Source: a virus
Lineage: Duplodnaviria > Caudoviricetes
Virus record (IMG/VR): IMGVR_UViG_3300007083_000004
Span: 128,001-192,000 of that record
Length of the DNA stretch: 64,000 nt
Reading direction: 5' to 3' (one strand)
Shown here: piece after piece, positions 27,572 through 38,772 of the stretch
Position numbering within the stretch: position 1 is the first letter of the stretch
Layout: each line of letters starts with the position of its first letter
Program-made: the position numbers and the translations under genes
Notes under the pieces: model-generated
The model's database searches: none
What the model was told of the DNA's origin: nothing
What the model saw: the letters and a program-made list of their open reading frames with translations, nothing else

Positions 27572-29722
27572 ATGAGGTACACTACTGAACTTCACCCAGA
27601 GTTCTTATCCAATAACGCAAACGATCCTTGGGTAGATGTAAATTCTGCATCAAGAAAAGCAATGTTTGCAAATCACCTGTCTCAAACATTGGTAATAAAA
27701 GGATCTGAAGAAAGATACTGGCAAACGGGCGTGGAAAGTAGATTTGGAGAATTCTGCTTTTCCGTTAAAGCTCCTGCTGACATTGAAATTGTCAGGATAA
27801 TCGATAAATATCCAAAATCCAGAACTATTGGTACCCCTATTAAGAATCAACAAACAATCGCAATTTATGTTGAAATAGATACTAGAAGAATTGGTTACCT
27901 GGATTTAAGCGAATATTGCTTGGAGCATCAATACTTCGGTTTTAAATACAATAAAACCGATAGTTATAGAAAACTATGTGTAGGAGCTACATTTGAAAAA
28001 GATACAGAGTTCCTGATTTCTCCTTCCATTAAAAAAGGAGGTGGTTATGCATACGGAACAAATCTGGTATTTGCAGCAATGAGTCATCCTGCTGTATCTG
28101 AGGACGGAATATTAATATCTGAGTCTGCATTAAAGAAACTGTCGTATGACATAGTTGAATCCAGAACGATATCGTGGGGACAAAACCGATATGCTTTAAA
28201 TTTATTTGGTAATGAATCCAAATATAAAATATTTAAAGATATCGGAGAGACTATACGACCAGATGGATTAATTATGGCTACCAGGAGATTTGATGAAAAT
28301 CAAATAGTAACTGGCATGGGTTTATATGACACCATGATACTAGATATGGCTTATGATGAAAAGTTATATACCAGACCAGGTGATGGTACAGTAATCGACA
28401 TCAATGTTTATTCCGATAATCGGTCTTTGCAAAACGGAACTAATGATCAGGTTATGTTTTATCATAACCTGACAGTTAATTTCTATGAAGAAATTCTACA
28501 GGAATATAATAACCAAATAAGACAAAGAAAGAATAAAAAAATCCTGATGACAGATGAATTTCACAGGCTGGTAGTTGAGGCTTGCGCAATGACCGATTAT
28601 GATTTAGGATCTGTTGTACAAAAACTGTACCACAAAGAACCAGTCGATGATTGGAAAGTGGAATTCAAAATTTTATACAACATGGTACCTAACATAGGTA
28701 ATAAATTAACTGGAGCATCCGGTGATAAAGGCGTGGTGTGTGCTGTATATCCAGATGAAGATATGCCAGTTAACGATTATGGTGTCAGGGCAGATGTAGT
28801 GATGAGTCCTGAATCACCATTTAATAGACAGAATTTTGGAGGTTTATATGAACCATACTTCAATCAGGTAACCAGGGAGTTTCTAACCAGATCAAAAGAA
28901 ATATTGCGCGTTAGATCAGAGGAGAAACATACACAAGAATCCATTATGTTGAACATGAAACATAATCCCGAGATTTATGATAAACTATGGGAAAGATTAA
29001 TGAGGTTATACGATATATTAAGTCCTACCATGTTCGATCATTATAGTTCACCAGAATTTGATTCTGATGAATTAAGGGCTTTACATATATCCAATCTTTT
29101 CAATCATCCATGCATACATATTCTCAGTCCTACCGATGCAATGACAAAGTGGAGGCAGGCGGTCATTGATTGTGAAAGAGAATTCCCCCCAAGAATATCT
29201 CCAGTTACATATAGAGGTTATTCGGGAAAATTGGTTAGAACTAAAAAACCAATTGAATTGGGTCATAAATACTTTATGTTATTGGAGAAGATTTCTGATG
29301 ATTGGATTGCTGTAGCAACAGCAAAAATTCAACACATGGGAGTTTTAGGACAAGTCACTGCTGCCGATAAATATTCAGCTCCAGCTAAAGCCCAAGCAGT
29401 TAAAGCGACGTCTGAAGCTGAACTTAGAATTATAACATCGTATTGTAGCGATAAGGTAGCGGTAGAACTAATGGATCGAAATAACTCATTAGCCACCCAT
29501 AGGGAAAATGTTTATAACATATTGAATTCTTACACACCAACAAACCTGGAACGATCTGTTGATAGAAATAGAGTGCCATTGGGTAACAATAGAGCTTTAT
29601 CGTTATTCAAACACATTATCAGTTGCAACGGATTTAAAATGGTGTACAAGGAATATCAAGACCCCGATATTCACTTAAGAGATCAATATGTAGATAAACA
29701 AAGAGAAGTGTTAAATCCGTAG
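27572..29722 (+). CDS. rpoB: Non-virion RNA polymerase beta C-terminal subunit (phiKZ gp71/73-like, uninterrupted)
   Basis: NSASRKAM, SEDGILIS, GNKLTGASGDKGVV, PEDMP-like, ADVVMSP, NRQN and LLEK motifs. Confidence 0.92.
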   Translation: MRYTTELHPEFLSNNANDPWVDVNSASRKAMFANHLSQTLVIKGSEERYWQTGVESRFGEFCFSVKAPADIEIVRIIDKYPKSRTIGTPIKNQQTIAIYVEIDTRRIGYLDLSEYCLEHQYFGFKYNKTDSYRKLCVGATFEKDTEFLISPSIKKGGGYAYGTNLVFAAMSHPAVSEDGILISESALKKLSYDIVESRTISWGQNRYALNLFGNESKYKIFKDIGETIRPDGLIMATRRFDENQIVTGMGLYDTMILDMAYDEKLYTRPGDGTVIDINVYSDNRSLQNGTNDQVMFYHNLTVNFYEEILQEYNNQIRQRKNKKILMTDEFHRLVVEACAMTDYDLGSVVQKLYHKEPVDDWKVEFKILYNMVPNIGNKLTGASGDKGVVCAVYPDEDMPVNDYGVRADVVMSPESPFNRQNFGGLYEPYFNQVTREFLTRSKEILRVRSEEKHTQESIMLNMKHNPEIYDKLWERLMRLYDILSPTMFDHYSSPEFDSDELRALHISNLFNHPCIHILSPTDAMTKWRQAVIDCEREFPPRISPVTYRGYSGKLVRTKKPIELGHKYFMLLEKISDDWIAVATAKIQHMGVLGQVTAADKYSAPAKAQAVKATSEAELRIITSYCSDKVAVELMDRNNSLATHRENVYNILNSYTPTNLERSVDRNRVPLGNNRALSLFKHIISCNGFKMVYKEYQDPDIHLRDQYVDKQREVLNP

Positions 29723-29762
29723 GATAATGGAGGGATTAAATCCCTCCATTATCCTTATTTTA
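29721..29762 (+). terminator. Terminator-like inverted repeat
   Basis: 17-bp arms, 1-nt spacer. Confidence 0.7.
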
Positions 29763-29768
29763 AAATGA

Positions 29769-31784
29769 ATGGAGAATGTTATGTCTACAAAGGAAATAGT
29801 ATTTCCAGCTAGAGATCTGTTAAAATACGATCTCCTGGATTTGAAAAATTCTTTGACTGGAACCTTCCACTTGGAATTCGAAGATGGGATTCTAGCTACT
29901 AATGACAGGGAAACTATTCTGACTGTTGTTTTATGGGAATGGATTAAAGATCGACCAATTGATCTATTTAAACGACATCATATAACCGAGCATATGAAGA
30001 AAAGAAATTTCAATGGTAATAGTCACATGAATTTACTGAATGTAATTCATTGGGATATATATGAAAAATATAAAATTAAAGGTAGATTTAAAGATAACGA
30101 TCTATTAGAACAGTTATCCGAAGAACTATATATCCATGGAAATAATTTTTATAATAACATGTGCATATGGATGGAAGAAGAGGTAGCTACTGTTTCCATT
30201 AGGGATGTTATTGATTTATTTGATGTCAAAGAGATAAAAGAATCTTTAGAAACCCTAACGCCTAAAGAATCTAGTGTTTTAGGAGTAACCAGAGATATTA
30301 CCAATTTAATAGCAAAATCTGATATAGAGGATATAAAAAGAAATAACGTAGTCAGGATGGCTAGGTCTGGTGTCATAAAAACAGATCAATTGGTTCAGGC
30401 TATTGCTCCAACTGGTTTTATTGAAGACCTGGGCGGCGAGATTTTCAAATATCCACTACTCTCTAATTATACTGACGGTCATAGGAATCTATATGACATC
30501 ATGGTAGAGTCCAGAAAGGCAGCACAGGCCATTGAGGCCACTAAAACTGACCTGGAGCTATCGGCGTATCAATCCAGAAAACAGGAGCTTTTAAATGAGG
30601 CTATAATGACCGTACATCCTGGTGATTGTGGTACTATTGAATATACCACATTTAAAATCAGGAAAAATAATGGTTTAACTAAAACCGATCTTGAATTATT
30701 GGCTGGTAAATATTATTTCTTGCCTAATGATCCAGATAAAACGTTATATGAGTTAAAACTAACAGATACCCATCTTTATGGTAAGTTGATAAACCTAAGA
30801 ACTATTACTCATTGTGCACATCCCGATCCCAATGGAGTATGTGAGACATGTTTAGGTGCTTTGTCTCTTACTATACCCAATAAAACTAATCTAGGTCAAT
30901 TGATGACTACCGACCTGTATGCATTTATCATACAAAGACAATTGTCCAAAAAACATTATATGTCTAATACAGTTGTCAAGAGATTGGAGGTTCATGATGA
31001 TGATAAACGATTCATTAGGGTAGGTAAAGATGGTGTGAGTTATTATTTTACTGAAGAACTGGATGGTAAAACATTCAAGATTTCGGTAGGTAAGGACGAT
31101 GGCAATAACCTGGCAGATGTTTTATATGTGGATAATTTTGATAAATTACCATTAAACAGAATATCTGAAATAGGTAGTTTTATTTTGGAGGTAGATTATG
31201 GTGACTATACTGATACCAAACCAATAATTTTAGGTGATGGTAAAAGAAAGGCATCGTTTACTGCTGATGCATTAAAACATATCAAGAAGAAGAAAGATTG
31301 GGCAATTGAACCTAAAGGCGAAATGACCATAAATATGACAGGTTGGGATATTAATAAACCTTTAGCCATTGTACCCATGAAAGCTGATTCTTTGATTGAT
31401 TTCTCTACCAGATTTAAAGCACAAATCGAATCGGATGCAAAAAATGAATTTATCAGAAATTCCGCTATAGATCCCGATGAATTCCTGATCGATACATTTG
31501 ATTTGTTGAACTCTGAATTATCTCTTAATATGGCTCAGGTAGAAACTGTAGTCTATGGAGTAATGATTAGAGACGCTGAATCTGGTAGATATGAATTACC
31601 TAAACCTTGGTCAAGAAAAGGACTTGGTGTTATGAAAAGAGTAATGAGTGGAAGATCATTATCGGCCGCAATGGCATTCGAGGATCATTCCAAAACTTTC
31701 TCTTCCTTGAAATCCTTTACCATAACCAACAGATTGGATCATGTGATGGACTTGCATATTGATTGCAATATACCGAGGAAGTAA
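29769..31784 (+). CDS. rpoC: Non-virion RNA polymerase beta' C-terminal subunit (phiKZ gp74-like)
   Basis: ESRKA bridge-helix-like segment, GDCGT, C..VCETCLG Zn site, QRQLSKKH trigger-loop-like, RSLSAAMAFE. Confidence 0.88.
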   Translation: MENVMSTKEIVFPARDLLKYDLLDLKNSLTGTFHLEFEDGILATNDRETILTVVLWEWIKDRPIDLFKRHHITEHMKKRNFNGNSHMNLLNVIHWDIYEKYKIKGRFKDNDLLEQLSEELYIHGNNFYNNMCIWMEEEVATVSIRDVIDLFDVKEIKESLETLTPKESSVLGVTRDITNLIAKSDIEDIKRNNVVRMARSGVIKTDQLVQAIAPTGFIEDLGGEIFKYPLLSNYTDGHRNLYDIMVESRKAAQAIEATKTDLELSAYQSRKQELLNEAIMTVHPGDCGTIEYTTFKIRKNNGLTKTDLELLAGKYYFLPNDPDKTLYELKLTDTHLYGKLINLRTITHCAHPDPNGVCETCLGALSLTIPNKTNLGQLMTTDLYAFIIQRQLSKKHYMSNTVVKRLEVHDDDKRFIRVGKDGVSYYFTEELDGKTFKISVGKDDGNNLADVLYVDNFDKLPLNRISEIGSFILEVDYGDYTDTKPIILGDGKRKASFTADALKHIKKKKDWAIEPKGEMTINMTGWDINKPLAIVPMKADSLIDFSTRFKAQIESDAKNEFIRNSAIDPDEFLIDTFDLLNSELSLNMAQVETVVYGVMIRDAESGRYELPKPWSRKGLGVMKRVMSGRSLSAAMAFEDHSKTFSSLKSFTITNRLDHVMDLHIDCNIPRK

Positions 31785-31790
31785 TCGTAT

Positions 31791-31821
31791 ATGGGATGTG
31801 GGCATTATGCCCACATCCCAT
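31791..31821 (+). terminator. Terminator-like inverted repeat
   Basis: 15-bp arms, 1-nt spacer. Confidence 0.65.
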
Positions 31822-31863
31822 TATCCAAACCTATGTTGTTTTAATGATAAGATTGGATGATTT

Positions 31864-33423
31864 ATGAATAAAATACATTTAAGGGTATTCAGTCATAATT
31901 ATTGCGTCAGAATACACAAATCAAATAAAATAGCACAGGCAGTTCTTAATAAATTTTCTTATATTTTTAATGAGTATGAATGGAACAAGACAGGAGGATC
32001 GTGGATAAAAGAATTTGCTCGTAGATATTGTGTTGTTCCAAACGAACATATCGATGACGACCATCTTGAATATAGGTTTCATATAAATACTATCGATTAC
32101 TTTAGAAAGATTCTAACTAAAGAGAATTTAAATGATAAAGTAGATTGTATTATTGAACCTTTATATGAATCTCATATAGTCAAAATAAGAATAAAGAAAG
32201 ATTTTAAACCGTTTGAAGAACAGGTTCCTATTTATGAGCAATTAGTAAATCCTAAACCCAATATCAAAATGCTGGGTTTACAAACTGGTAAAGGTAAATC
32301 GGCTTTATCTATATTTGCTGCCAGTCATTACGGTTTAATGACCGTTTTAATCATGAAACCCGGTTATATAGATAAATGGGTGGAGGATATAAACAAACAA
32401 TGTATTGTAAAGGATGGCGATATTCTTACTATTATTGGTAGTAAGGAATTAATGTATATGGTAAATACCATATCTGATAACAAGAATAAACCCCAATTCG
32501 TTTTAATATCAAATGCTACGTTACGCAATTGGTTAAAGGCTCAGGAAGAAATTGGTCCAAACGAATTGGTTCCTGGATATCCTTGTCATCCATGGGAGTT
32601 GTGTCAACATTGTGGATTTGGATTTAGAATCATAGATGAAGTTCATCAAGATTTTCATGCTAATTTTAGATTTGATCTATATACACATATTGAACAATCT
32701 TTATCTTTATCGGCTACATTAATTACCAACAATACATTTCATGAAAGGATGTATAATCTGGCTTATCCTGATACCAGTAAAATCAAGATACCCGAACATA
32801 ATAAATACATTAGATCAATAGCTTGGTTTTATAGTGTAAAGAAACCCGATTATCTGCGAACAACCGAATATGGTAGGGATGGATATTCTCATACGGCATT
32901 TGAGAAATCTATTTTCAAATTTGTACCATTACAAAAAGACTATCTGGATATGACATACCAGGTAATGAGAAAAACATATTTGATACATAGAAAACCTAAG
33001 GAGAAATGCCTGATATATTTCTCTACAGTAAAGGCATGTGAATTAGCTACTAATTATTATAGAAAGAAAATGCCCGAACTAAAAATCACTAAATTTAATC
33101 AAGGTGATTCATTAGAGGACGCCCTAAAGTCCGATATTATTGTAGCAACATTAATGAAGGCGGGTACTGCCATTGATATCCCAAACTTGACTACGGTAAT
33201 ATTGACTATCGCAATAGATTCGATTCAGTCTAATCTGCAATCTATGGGAAGATTAAGGGATTTGAAAAAACTATACGATTCTGATAGAATTCCAGACTTC
33301 GTTTACTTTGTTTGTAATGATGTCAAGAAACATTGGAATTATCATAAATCTAAGGAACAAATTCTGAAAGAAAAAGCTAGATTAATGACTGAAATGAATC
33401 ATACTCATGCATTGGGGAAATAA
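31864..33423 (+). CDS. Superfamily 2 (DExH) helicase (phiKZ gp75-like)
   Basis: QTGKGKS, IDEVH, SAT, GTAIDIP and QSMGRLR motifs. Confidence 0.93.
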   Translation: MNKIHLRVFSHNYCVRIHKSNKIAQAVLNKFSYIFNEYEWNKTGGSWIKEFARRYCVVPNEHIDDDHLEYRFHINTIDYFRKILTKENLNDKVDCIIEPLYESHIVKIRIKKDFKPFEEQVPIYEQLVNPKPNIKMLGLQTGKGKSALSIFAASHYGLMTVLIMKPGYIDKWVEDINKQCIVKDGDILTIIGSKELMYMVNTISDNKNKPQFVLISNATLRNWLKAQEEIGPNELVPGYPCHPWELCQHCGFGFRIIDEVHQDFHANFRFDLYTHIEQSLSLSATLITNNTFHERMYNLAYPDTSKIKIPEHNKYIRSIAWFYSVKKPDYLRTTEYGRDGYSHTAFEKSIFKFVPLQKDYLDMTYQVMRKTYLIHRKPKEKCLIYFSTVKACELATNYYRKKMPELKITKFNQGDSLEDALKSDIIVATLMKAGTAIDIPNLTTVILTIAIDSIQSNLQSMGRLRDLKKLYDSDRIPDFVYFVCNDVKKHWNYHKSKEQILKEKARLMTEMNHTHALGK

Positions 33424-33429
33424 TTTAGA

Positions 33430-33460
33430 ATAGGGGTGTATATACACCCCTATATTTTTT
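33430..33460 (+). terminator. 24-bp palindrome plus T-run
   Basis: ATAGGGGTGTAT|ATACACCCCTAT then T-run. Confidence 0.75.
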
Positions 33461-33474
33461 AAAGGAAATAAATA

Positions 33475-34146
33475 ATGCCTACCAATAAAGAATATTACGA
33501 TGAATTAATAAAAGATACGTCTAGATATGAAACCAATATTTATTTTTATTTTGAAAATAAAATCATAGTACCTAATAATGAAAATAAACTTTTATATTCA
33601 ATGATAAATGAGTTAAAAAAATACTTCGTTATCATAGGTCCCATGCATAAAGATTATGTAGAAGATAAAAAATATTTTTATAATATACCTTTAGCTAGAA
33701 AACTATCTAAAGATATAAAAGACGAATATATTGGGTTTATGTCTACAAATAAAAATAATGCAATTTCATTGAGATATTTCTACGATATTTTAAGAAATTT
33801 GAATTCTCCTTTATTTAGTAAATTAAATTTGTCTATCATATTGACTCATAGAGCAACTAATAAAGAAGGTAGAAAAGTAGTGATGTTAATAACTTATCTT
33901 GATGAAATAAAATTAACACATTATTTTGAACATCCCTTAGGAATTATACCTCAAATGACATTATTTGGAAACGATATTGTAGATTCATCTTTATTGTTAT
34001 TTGGTGGAAAAACTAAACCATCTATAAATAATATCATAAATCTAAATATGTTAGCTACCAATCTTTATAATGATTATGATTTAGGTAATATTTCTGAAGA
34101 TGAATTTCAATCTGAATTGTATAATGTATATAAACCAAGATCATGA
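33475..34146 (+). CDS. Hypothetical protein
   Basis: AAGGAA SD; very AT-rich accessory ORF. Confidence 0.7.
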   Translation: MPTNKEYYDELIKDTSRYETNIYFYFENKIIVPNNENKLLYSMINELKKYFVIIGPMHKDYVEDKKYFYNIPLARKLSKDIKDEYIGFMSTNKNNAISLRYFYDILRNLNSPLFSKLNLSIILTHRATNKEGRKVVMLITYLDEIKLTHYFEHPLGIIPQMTLFGNDIVDSSLLLFGGKTKPSINNIINLNMLATNLYNDYDLGNISEDEFQSELYNVYKPRS

Positions 34147-34514
34147 AAGAAATAAAATCTTTACATATAGAATCCGTTCCTTTATATTTACCGATTGAAT
34201 ATAAATTACCTCACGATAAATGGGTTGAATTATTAAATGGTTATAATCATGGTTTAAAAAAGACTAAAATAGCTGAATTCATCAGAATGTATTTAAAAGA
34301 TAAATTTACTGACTATGATCCTAAAAACGTATTTTCGATATCTGATATAATATTAGATAATGATATCTTTAAAACAGATGTTACTTTTAATAAATCAAAA
34401 AGTTCTCTAGCTACTTTGGTAGTTTATAATGTATATTCCTTAAAATTAGTACCGGTATGTAATTCCGATCGTACCGAGGTATTGCATATATCTATGACGC
34501 ATACACCAATATAG
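34143..34514 (+). CDS. Hypothetical protein
   Basis: ATGA overlap. Confidence 0.7.
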   Translation: MKEIKSLHIESVPLYLPIEYKLPHDKWVELLNGYNHGLKKTKIAEFIRMYLKDKFTDYDPKNVFSISDIILDNDIFKTDVTFNKSKSSLATLVVYNVYSLKLVPVCNSDRTEVLHISMTHTPI

Positions 34515-34522
34515 GAGTTTTT

Positions 34523-35245
34523 ATGCAATACGCAATGTTACTTCTTGCTATCTGTGCTATATCATCCATTGTTTTTTACATATGTTTTTATAGTAATAAG
34601 AAAACTACAGATCCTTTTGATATAGGTAATTCTGGCGATATTACTGAAAACGATCCAATACTAATTGAATATAGAGAAGAATTATTAGATAATCAATTCC
34701 ATAAATTTTTAAATGAATTAGATAAAATTACTATCAAAAATAAAACAAAACATACTTATTTAGGTAAGAAAGTAATTGAATTAATGATGTCTTATCTTGA
34801 TAATTATAACTCACATATTAAAGATAAAATCAAACTAAAGAAATACATGAGTCCGTTTCAGTTCATGATAATAACATACGGTTGTAGATCTATTATCAGG
34901 TATTCTGATAAAAAAACTTTATTATTGATTTTACCTGATATTTTATTTTTTCTTAAGAAATATTATCATATACATATTTTACAATCTATTATTTATGATG
35001 AAAAATATACCAAGAATGTAGACATAAAAAAACAAGCTTTATGTTATTGCATTTTAAAATTCTTTGCTGGTAGAGTTAATTACGATATCATCAAAAATGT
35101 AAGTAAAGACTTTAATACTCTAGATAAAAACGTTTTGGTTAGGTATTCTAAATTAAGAAGTGATTTGATTACTAAATCAATTAAAACAAAATACCCTAGA
35201 GCCATTCGTTATTATGAAAGAAAACTTAGAATTAAAAATAAATAA
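34523..35245 (+). CDS. Hypothetical membrane-anchored basic protein
   Basis: AGGAG SD; N-terminal hydrophobic helix. Confidence 0.7.
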   Translation: MQYAMLLLAICAISSIVFYICFYSNKKTTDPFDIGNSGDITENDPILIEYREELLDNQFHKFLNELDKITIKNKTKHTYLGKKVIELMMSYLDNYNSHIKDKIKLKKYMSPFQFMIITYGCRSIIRYSDKKTLLLILPDILFFLKKYYHIHILQSIIYDEKYTKNVDIKKQALCYCILKFFAGRVNYDIIKNVSKDFNTLDKNVLVRYSKLRSDLITKSIKTKYPRAIRYYERKLRIKNK

Positions 35246-35254
35246 TAAATCTTC

Positions 35255-35292
35255 ATTATACCATGTCGAGGATATCCTCGACATGGTATAAT
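35255..35292 (+). terminator. 38-bp perfect palindrome
   Basis: ATTATACCATGTCGAGGAT|ATCCTCGACATGGTATAAT. Confidence 0.7.
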
Positions 35293-35314
35293 AGTTTTAT
35301 ATTTATTTAATAAA

Positions 35315-35330
35315 TATATTACGCAATTGA
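35315..35330 (+). promoter_or_regulatory. Early promoter
   Basis: Exact TATATTAC followed by gcaatTG. Confidence 0.7.
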
Positions 35331-35376
35331 GTTAGAATAATTCTATTCTAACTAACTTTAAAATGGAGAATTTATC

Positions 35377-35775
35377 ATGGTAAACAAAAAGATGCCTTCC
35401 ATCGAAGAACAGATTTCTATTCTTAATAAATTAAAGGAAAATTTTTTCTATCTTACCAAACAACATTTCAGAAAAACCGGATTGACTTATTTTGCGGCTT
35501 TCTTAAATACTGAAATAGAATATATTTTAATGGAATGTTGTAGAGGAGATTTCATTGTATTCCACGATTTGATGGTAGAGTTGGAAAATGAAAAGATCTT
35601 TAGCGATTATAGAAAAATGGAACCAGAAAACGAGGAGTTCTTTTCTGAATTAAAGAAACTGTTACAAAAACTCATAAGTAATTCAGAAGGAATAGATAGT
35701 CCAAGAACGATTCTTGCATTACTAATCGATTTTTATTATTCTGTTTTTTCATATGTATCAAATGCTAATAGGTAA
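35377..35775 (+). CDS. Hypothetical early protein
   Basis: Own early promoter, GGAG SD and terminator. Confidence 0.75.
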   Translation: MVNKKMPSIEEQISILNKLKENFFYLTKQHFRKTGLTYFAAFLNTEIEYILMECCRGDFIVFHDLMVELENEKIFSDYRKMEPENEEFFSELKKLLQKLISNSEGIDSPRTILALLIDFYYSVFSYVSNANR

Positions 35776-35782
35776 ATGAGTT

Positions 35783-35822
35783 AATTATACCATACTCGGA
35801 TTAATCCGAGTATGGTATAATT
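35783..35822. terminator. 40-bp perfect palindrome, bidirectional
   Basis: AATTATACCATACTCGGATT|AATCCGAGTATGGTATAATT between convergent genes. Confidence 0.8.
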
Positions 35823-35828
35823 TTTTAT

Positions 35829-36464
35829 TTAAATAGAATAATATCCGGTTAAATTTCTTTTAATCACGGGATTCTTGACATTATCCAATAATCTACCAAA
35901 ATCAAAATGTCTCTTAACATTTTCAACGCCTTTACCTTCAGCAGTCAAAGCCATTAAATCAACCATTCTGGTGAAGAAATTCATCCTAACATTATCCAAT
36001 GTAGTAACAGCAACATCATTCAAACCGCGATTTCTATTGATGGCTGAAAACACGCCATTGATGTTTTCCTTAACAATCGTCAGTAATTCAGTATAAGTTT
36101 CTTTAAAGAAATTATCTTCAGTTGACATGATTGAGTAAAGAGCCAATGCCAAAGCGACTTGATTTTTTTTCAATGTTTCAATGTTTTGTGGTTTTTTAGG
36201 ATCCATGTCAATTACGTATTGCTTTACTACTTGTAAAGCATTGACTACCACTGGATGAGTAGATTTAGGTTTACCAGTAAACTGATCTCCAACAACGGGT
36301 TCATTACTAGTTTCTTGAACATGTACTTCTTCATTCATCAAAGATGGGTTTTGAGGAATGGGATCACTAGGAGGTGGTTTTACATTATTACTTTCATTTA
36401 CTACAGATTCCATTTGTTCTTTTAGATCTTGATTGTTTTTACTTTTTTGATTTTTACTAAACAT
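35829..36464 (-). CDS. Putative virion protein (phiKZ gp79-like)
   Basis: Adjacent to vRNAP beta' C; disordered N-terminus, helical C-terminal domain. Confidence 0.55.
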   Translation of the reverse strand: MFSKNQKSKNNQDLKEQMESVVNESNNVKPPPSDPIPQNPSLMNEEVHVQETSNEPVVGDQFTGKPKSTHPVVVNALQVVKQYVIDMDPKKPQNIETLKKNQVALALALYSIMSTEDNFFKETYTELLTIVKENINGVFSAINRNRGLNDVAVTTLDNVRMNFFTRMVDLMALTAEGKGVENVKRHFDFGRLLDNVKNPVIKRNLTGYYSI

Positions 36465-36500
36465 GTCAATAAACCTATGTAAAAGTTATTCAATTGAAAA

Positions 36501-37802
36501 TTAACGTGCTTGATCTACTAAATCAAATTTAGCAGAGGTTAAAGCTTTACCATGCATGGCACTCATGGATTCACCCATAAAATCATGTCCTATCTGACTA
36601 AAAGCCAATGATACAGCATCAGGGTTCATAGATAATTTCTCACCTAAACAATAAGCACAAAAATCGGGGGCTTTGGTCTTACATGTTGCAGGTGATCTTC
36701 TTTTTACTACTTTATCAATATAATTACCTATATTGTCTTCATTCAGTAGTATAGACTTATTATTTTCTAATATATAATAACCAATCATCTTCAGTTTATT
36801 AAAATCGGTAATCAACGTTGGTATTCCTACATTACTACCACAATCGATATCACTGACTTCAATATTAGAGGATTCCCTAACCAACCATTTATCCAGTTCA
36901 CCGCCATGTTGAGTTTCTACTCCTCGACTATATGAACCTGATCTCATTTCGTTCGCATAATCTTTAAATCTATTTATGTCTATCCCTTCGTTTAAACTAC
37001 GCTTGATATAAATCGTCTCTTTACCAGCCGTGGATTCTGGAGGAGCCCCGAAAGAAATATATCTCTTTTTTCTGCTATTGATGTCTTTTTTATTTATAAG
37101 AAATCCACTAGCAGGATCATCTTTAAGAGCTTTCATGTCTAAATCGATTAATTCTTTTTCAACCTGAGCGGCTACAACGGGATCATTCAAATCGATTTTC
37201 GGATCATTAAAAATTTCTTCTCTTCTCTTTAAAACTTCTTCACTTACACTTAATGATTTAGGAGTTATTGCTGGAACAAATAACATAGAGAAAGATTTTG
37301 TATAAGCTACGGCTTTATAGTATTTCTCAATTTGAGAAGGAAAGAATTTATTTGTATATACAATACTTTCATCAATATCTTCTTCAGGCTCATCAACTAA
37401 TTTTTTAGCTAATTCTTCTTCAAAAGAATCCAAGTTAATTGGTTCGTTTTTAAATTCTACCGAACCATTAAAGGGATAATAGAAAACGATGTAGTGATAT
37501 AATATCCTACCATAAGTAGTAACTATGTTACTATTGGCAAAATACAATTCGCCCTCTAATACCGTAATTTCATCCGTAGCTTTATATAAAGATTCGCCAA
37601 TTATAGAATCTTCAATAGGCAATAGAGTTTTAGTATTTAAATCATAAAACTGATGACCATTGGGGGTTTGTATCAAATCCAAATCTTTTAATTCATCTGG
37701 ATTACTATTTTCTCTTACAATAGAAAATGCTCTATTAACCCATTTTTTATCCATGTACTTTTTTTGATTAATACATTTTATAAAATATTTATCTTTATTC
37801 AT
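36501..37802 (-). CDS. rpoC: Virion RNA polymerase beta' C-terminal subunit (phiKZ gp80-like)
   Basis: TTYGR, SLNEG, RSGSYSRGVETQHGG, DCGS, RSPATC..FCAYCLG and MSAMH motifs. Confidence 0.9.
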   Translation of the reverse strand: MNKDKYFIKCINQKKYMDKKWVNRAFSIVRENSNPDELKDLDLIQTPNGHQFYDLNTKTLLPIEDSIIGESLYKATDEITVLEGELYFANSNIVTTYGRILYHYIVFYYPFNGSVEFKNEPINLDSFEEELAKKLVDEPEEDIDESIVYTNKFFPSQIEKYYKAVAYTKSFSMLFVPAITPKSLSVSEEVLKRREEIFNDPKIDLNDPVVAAQVEKELIDLDMKALKDDPASGFLINKKDINSRKKRYISFGAPPESTAGKETIYIKRSLNEGIDINRFKDYANEMRSGSYSRGVETQHGGELDKWLVRESSNIEVSDIDCGSNVGIPTLITDFNKLKMIGYYILENNKSILLNEDNIGNYIDKVVKRRSPATCKTKAPDFCAYCLGEKLSMNPDAVSLAFSQIGHDFMGESMSAMHGKALTSAKFDLVDQAR

Positions 37803-38667
37803 ATTGATGCCTATTTTCCTGATATACTTTTAAGAATCCAGCATGAATTTTACTTAGAGCTTGATTTATTTTGGTAATATCTTGCATGTCTTCAATATAG
37901 TCTTCAATAATAGATCCAATATGTAAACACGGATTGATATTACCATCATTAGAAATTAAAGCTAATGCATATAGTTCTACAGATAGATCGAATTTATCTT
38001 TAAGATTAAATAATTCGTTTATATCATCTAAAGATAAGTATGTAACCAAATGCTCATTTATAGTAAAGTTCTCTATGTTGGATAAAACAATACTGTTCTT
38101 TTCGTTAATATCTAAATAGGATTTATATGCCAACAACTTTTTATATACCTTTATTTCTTCTTCGGTTACTTCATTAATTTCTAATTGAACATCGTTAGAT
38201 AATTCTTTTATTTTATAAATCAGATCGTCTCCAACATCTTCTAAAAGATTTAACCAATAGGAAGCATCCGAATAACTAATTAATTCTAATATTTCTGATA
38301 ATTTCTCATTATTATTAATATCAGAATTAGCTATTGAATCAAAATCTTCTAATAGATCACTATTTTCAATATTGTATATTTCTTCACATAAACGATAAAT
38401 TTCAAATAAAGAGCAAGTATCTTTAGGTACTACTTGAAATTCTTCTAAACACGTAATTAGATAATCCCTTAAAGAAATTTCAAATGAATCCAATAAACTA
38501 CTAGCTGTTGCTTCATCTTCCATATTTACCGATAACAATAAATTTTCTAGTTCTATTTCCATGTCTTCATTTACTGTATTCTTTATTAAATTTATGCAAT
38601 CTTTATACAAATCAGATCTTTCTTCCGACATTTGTGTGTTTAAAAATTCTTCTAAAATAATTTCCAT
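37795..38667 (-). CDS. Acidic hypothetical protein
   Basis: 290-aa ORF coupled to the vRNAP gene. Confidence 0.7.
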   Translation of the reverse strand: MEIILEEFLNTQMSEERSDLYKDCINLIKNTVNEDMEIELENLLLSVNMEDEATASSLLDSFEISLRDYLITCLEEFQVVPKDTCSLFEIYRLCEEIYNIENSDLLEDFDSIANSDINNNEKLSEILELISYSDASYWLNLLEDVGDDLIYKIKELSNDVQLEINEVTEEEIKVYKKLLAYKSYLDINEKNSIVLSNIENFTINEHLVTYLSLDDINELFNLKDKFDLSVELYALALISNDGNINPCLHIGSIIEDYIEDMQDITKINQALSKIHAGFLKVYQENRHQYE

Positions 38668-38772
38668 TTTAAATAAAATCCAAGATATAAAAATTCAAAG
38701 GGAGAAAAATAGTTTTTTATTATATTGAAATATAGTTTGACTGTTTACGGTTAATTACTTTTAAAAGGTTTT

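Noticed and set aside
15326-31784. Introns, inteins or homing endonucleases in the RNAP genes, as in phiKZ
   Set aside because: The beta' N and beta C subunits are single uninterrupted ORFs; no intein termini or HNH/LAGLIDADG motif seen.
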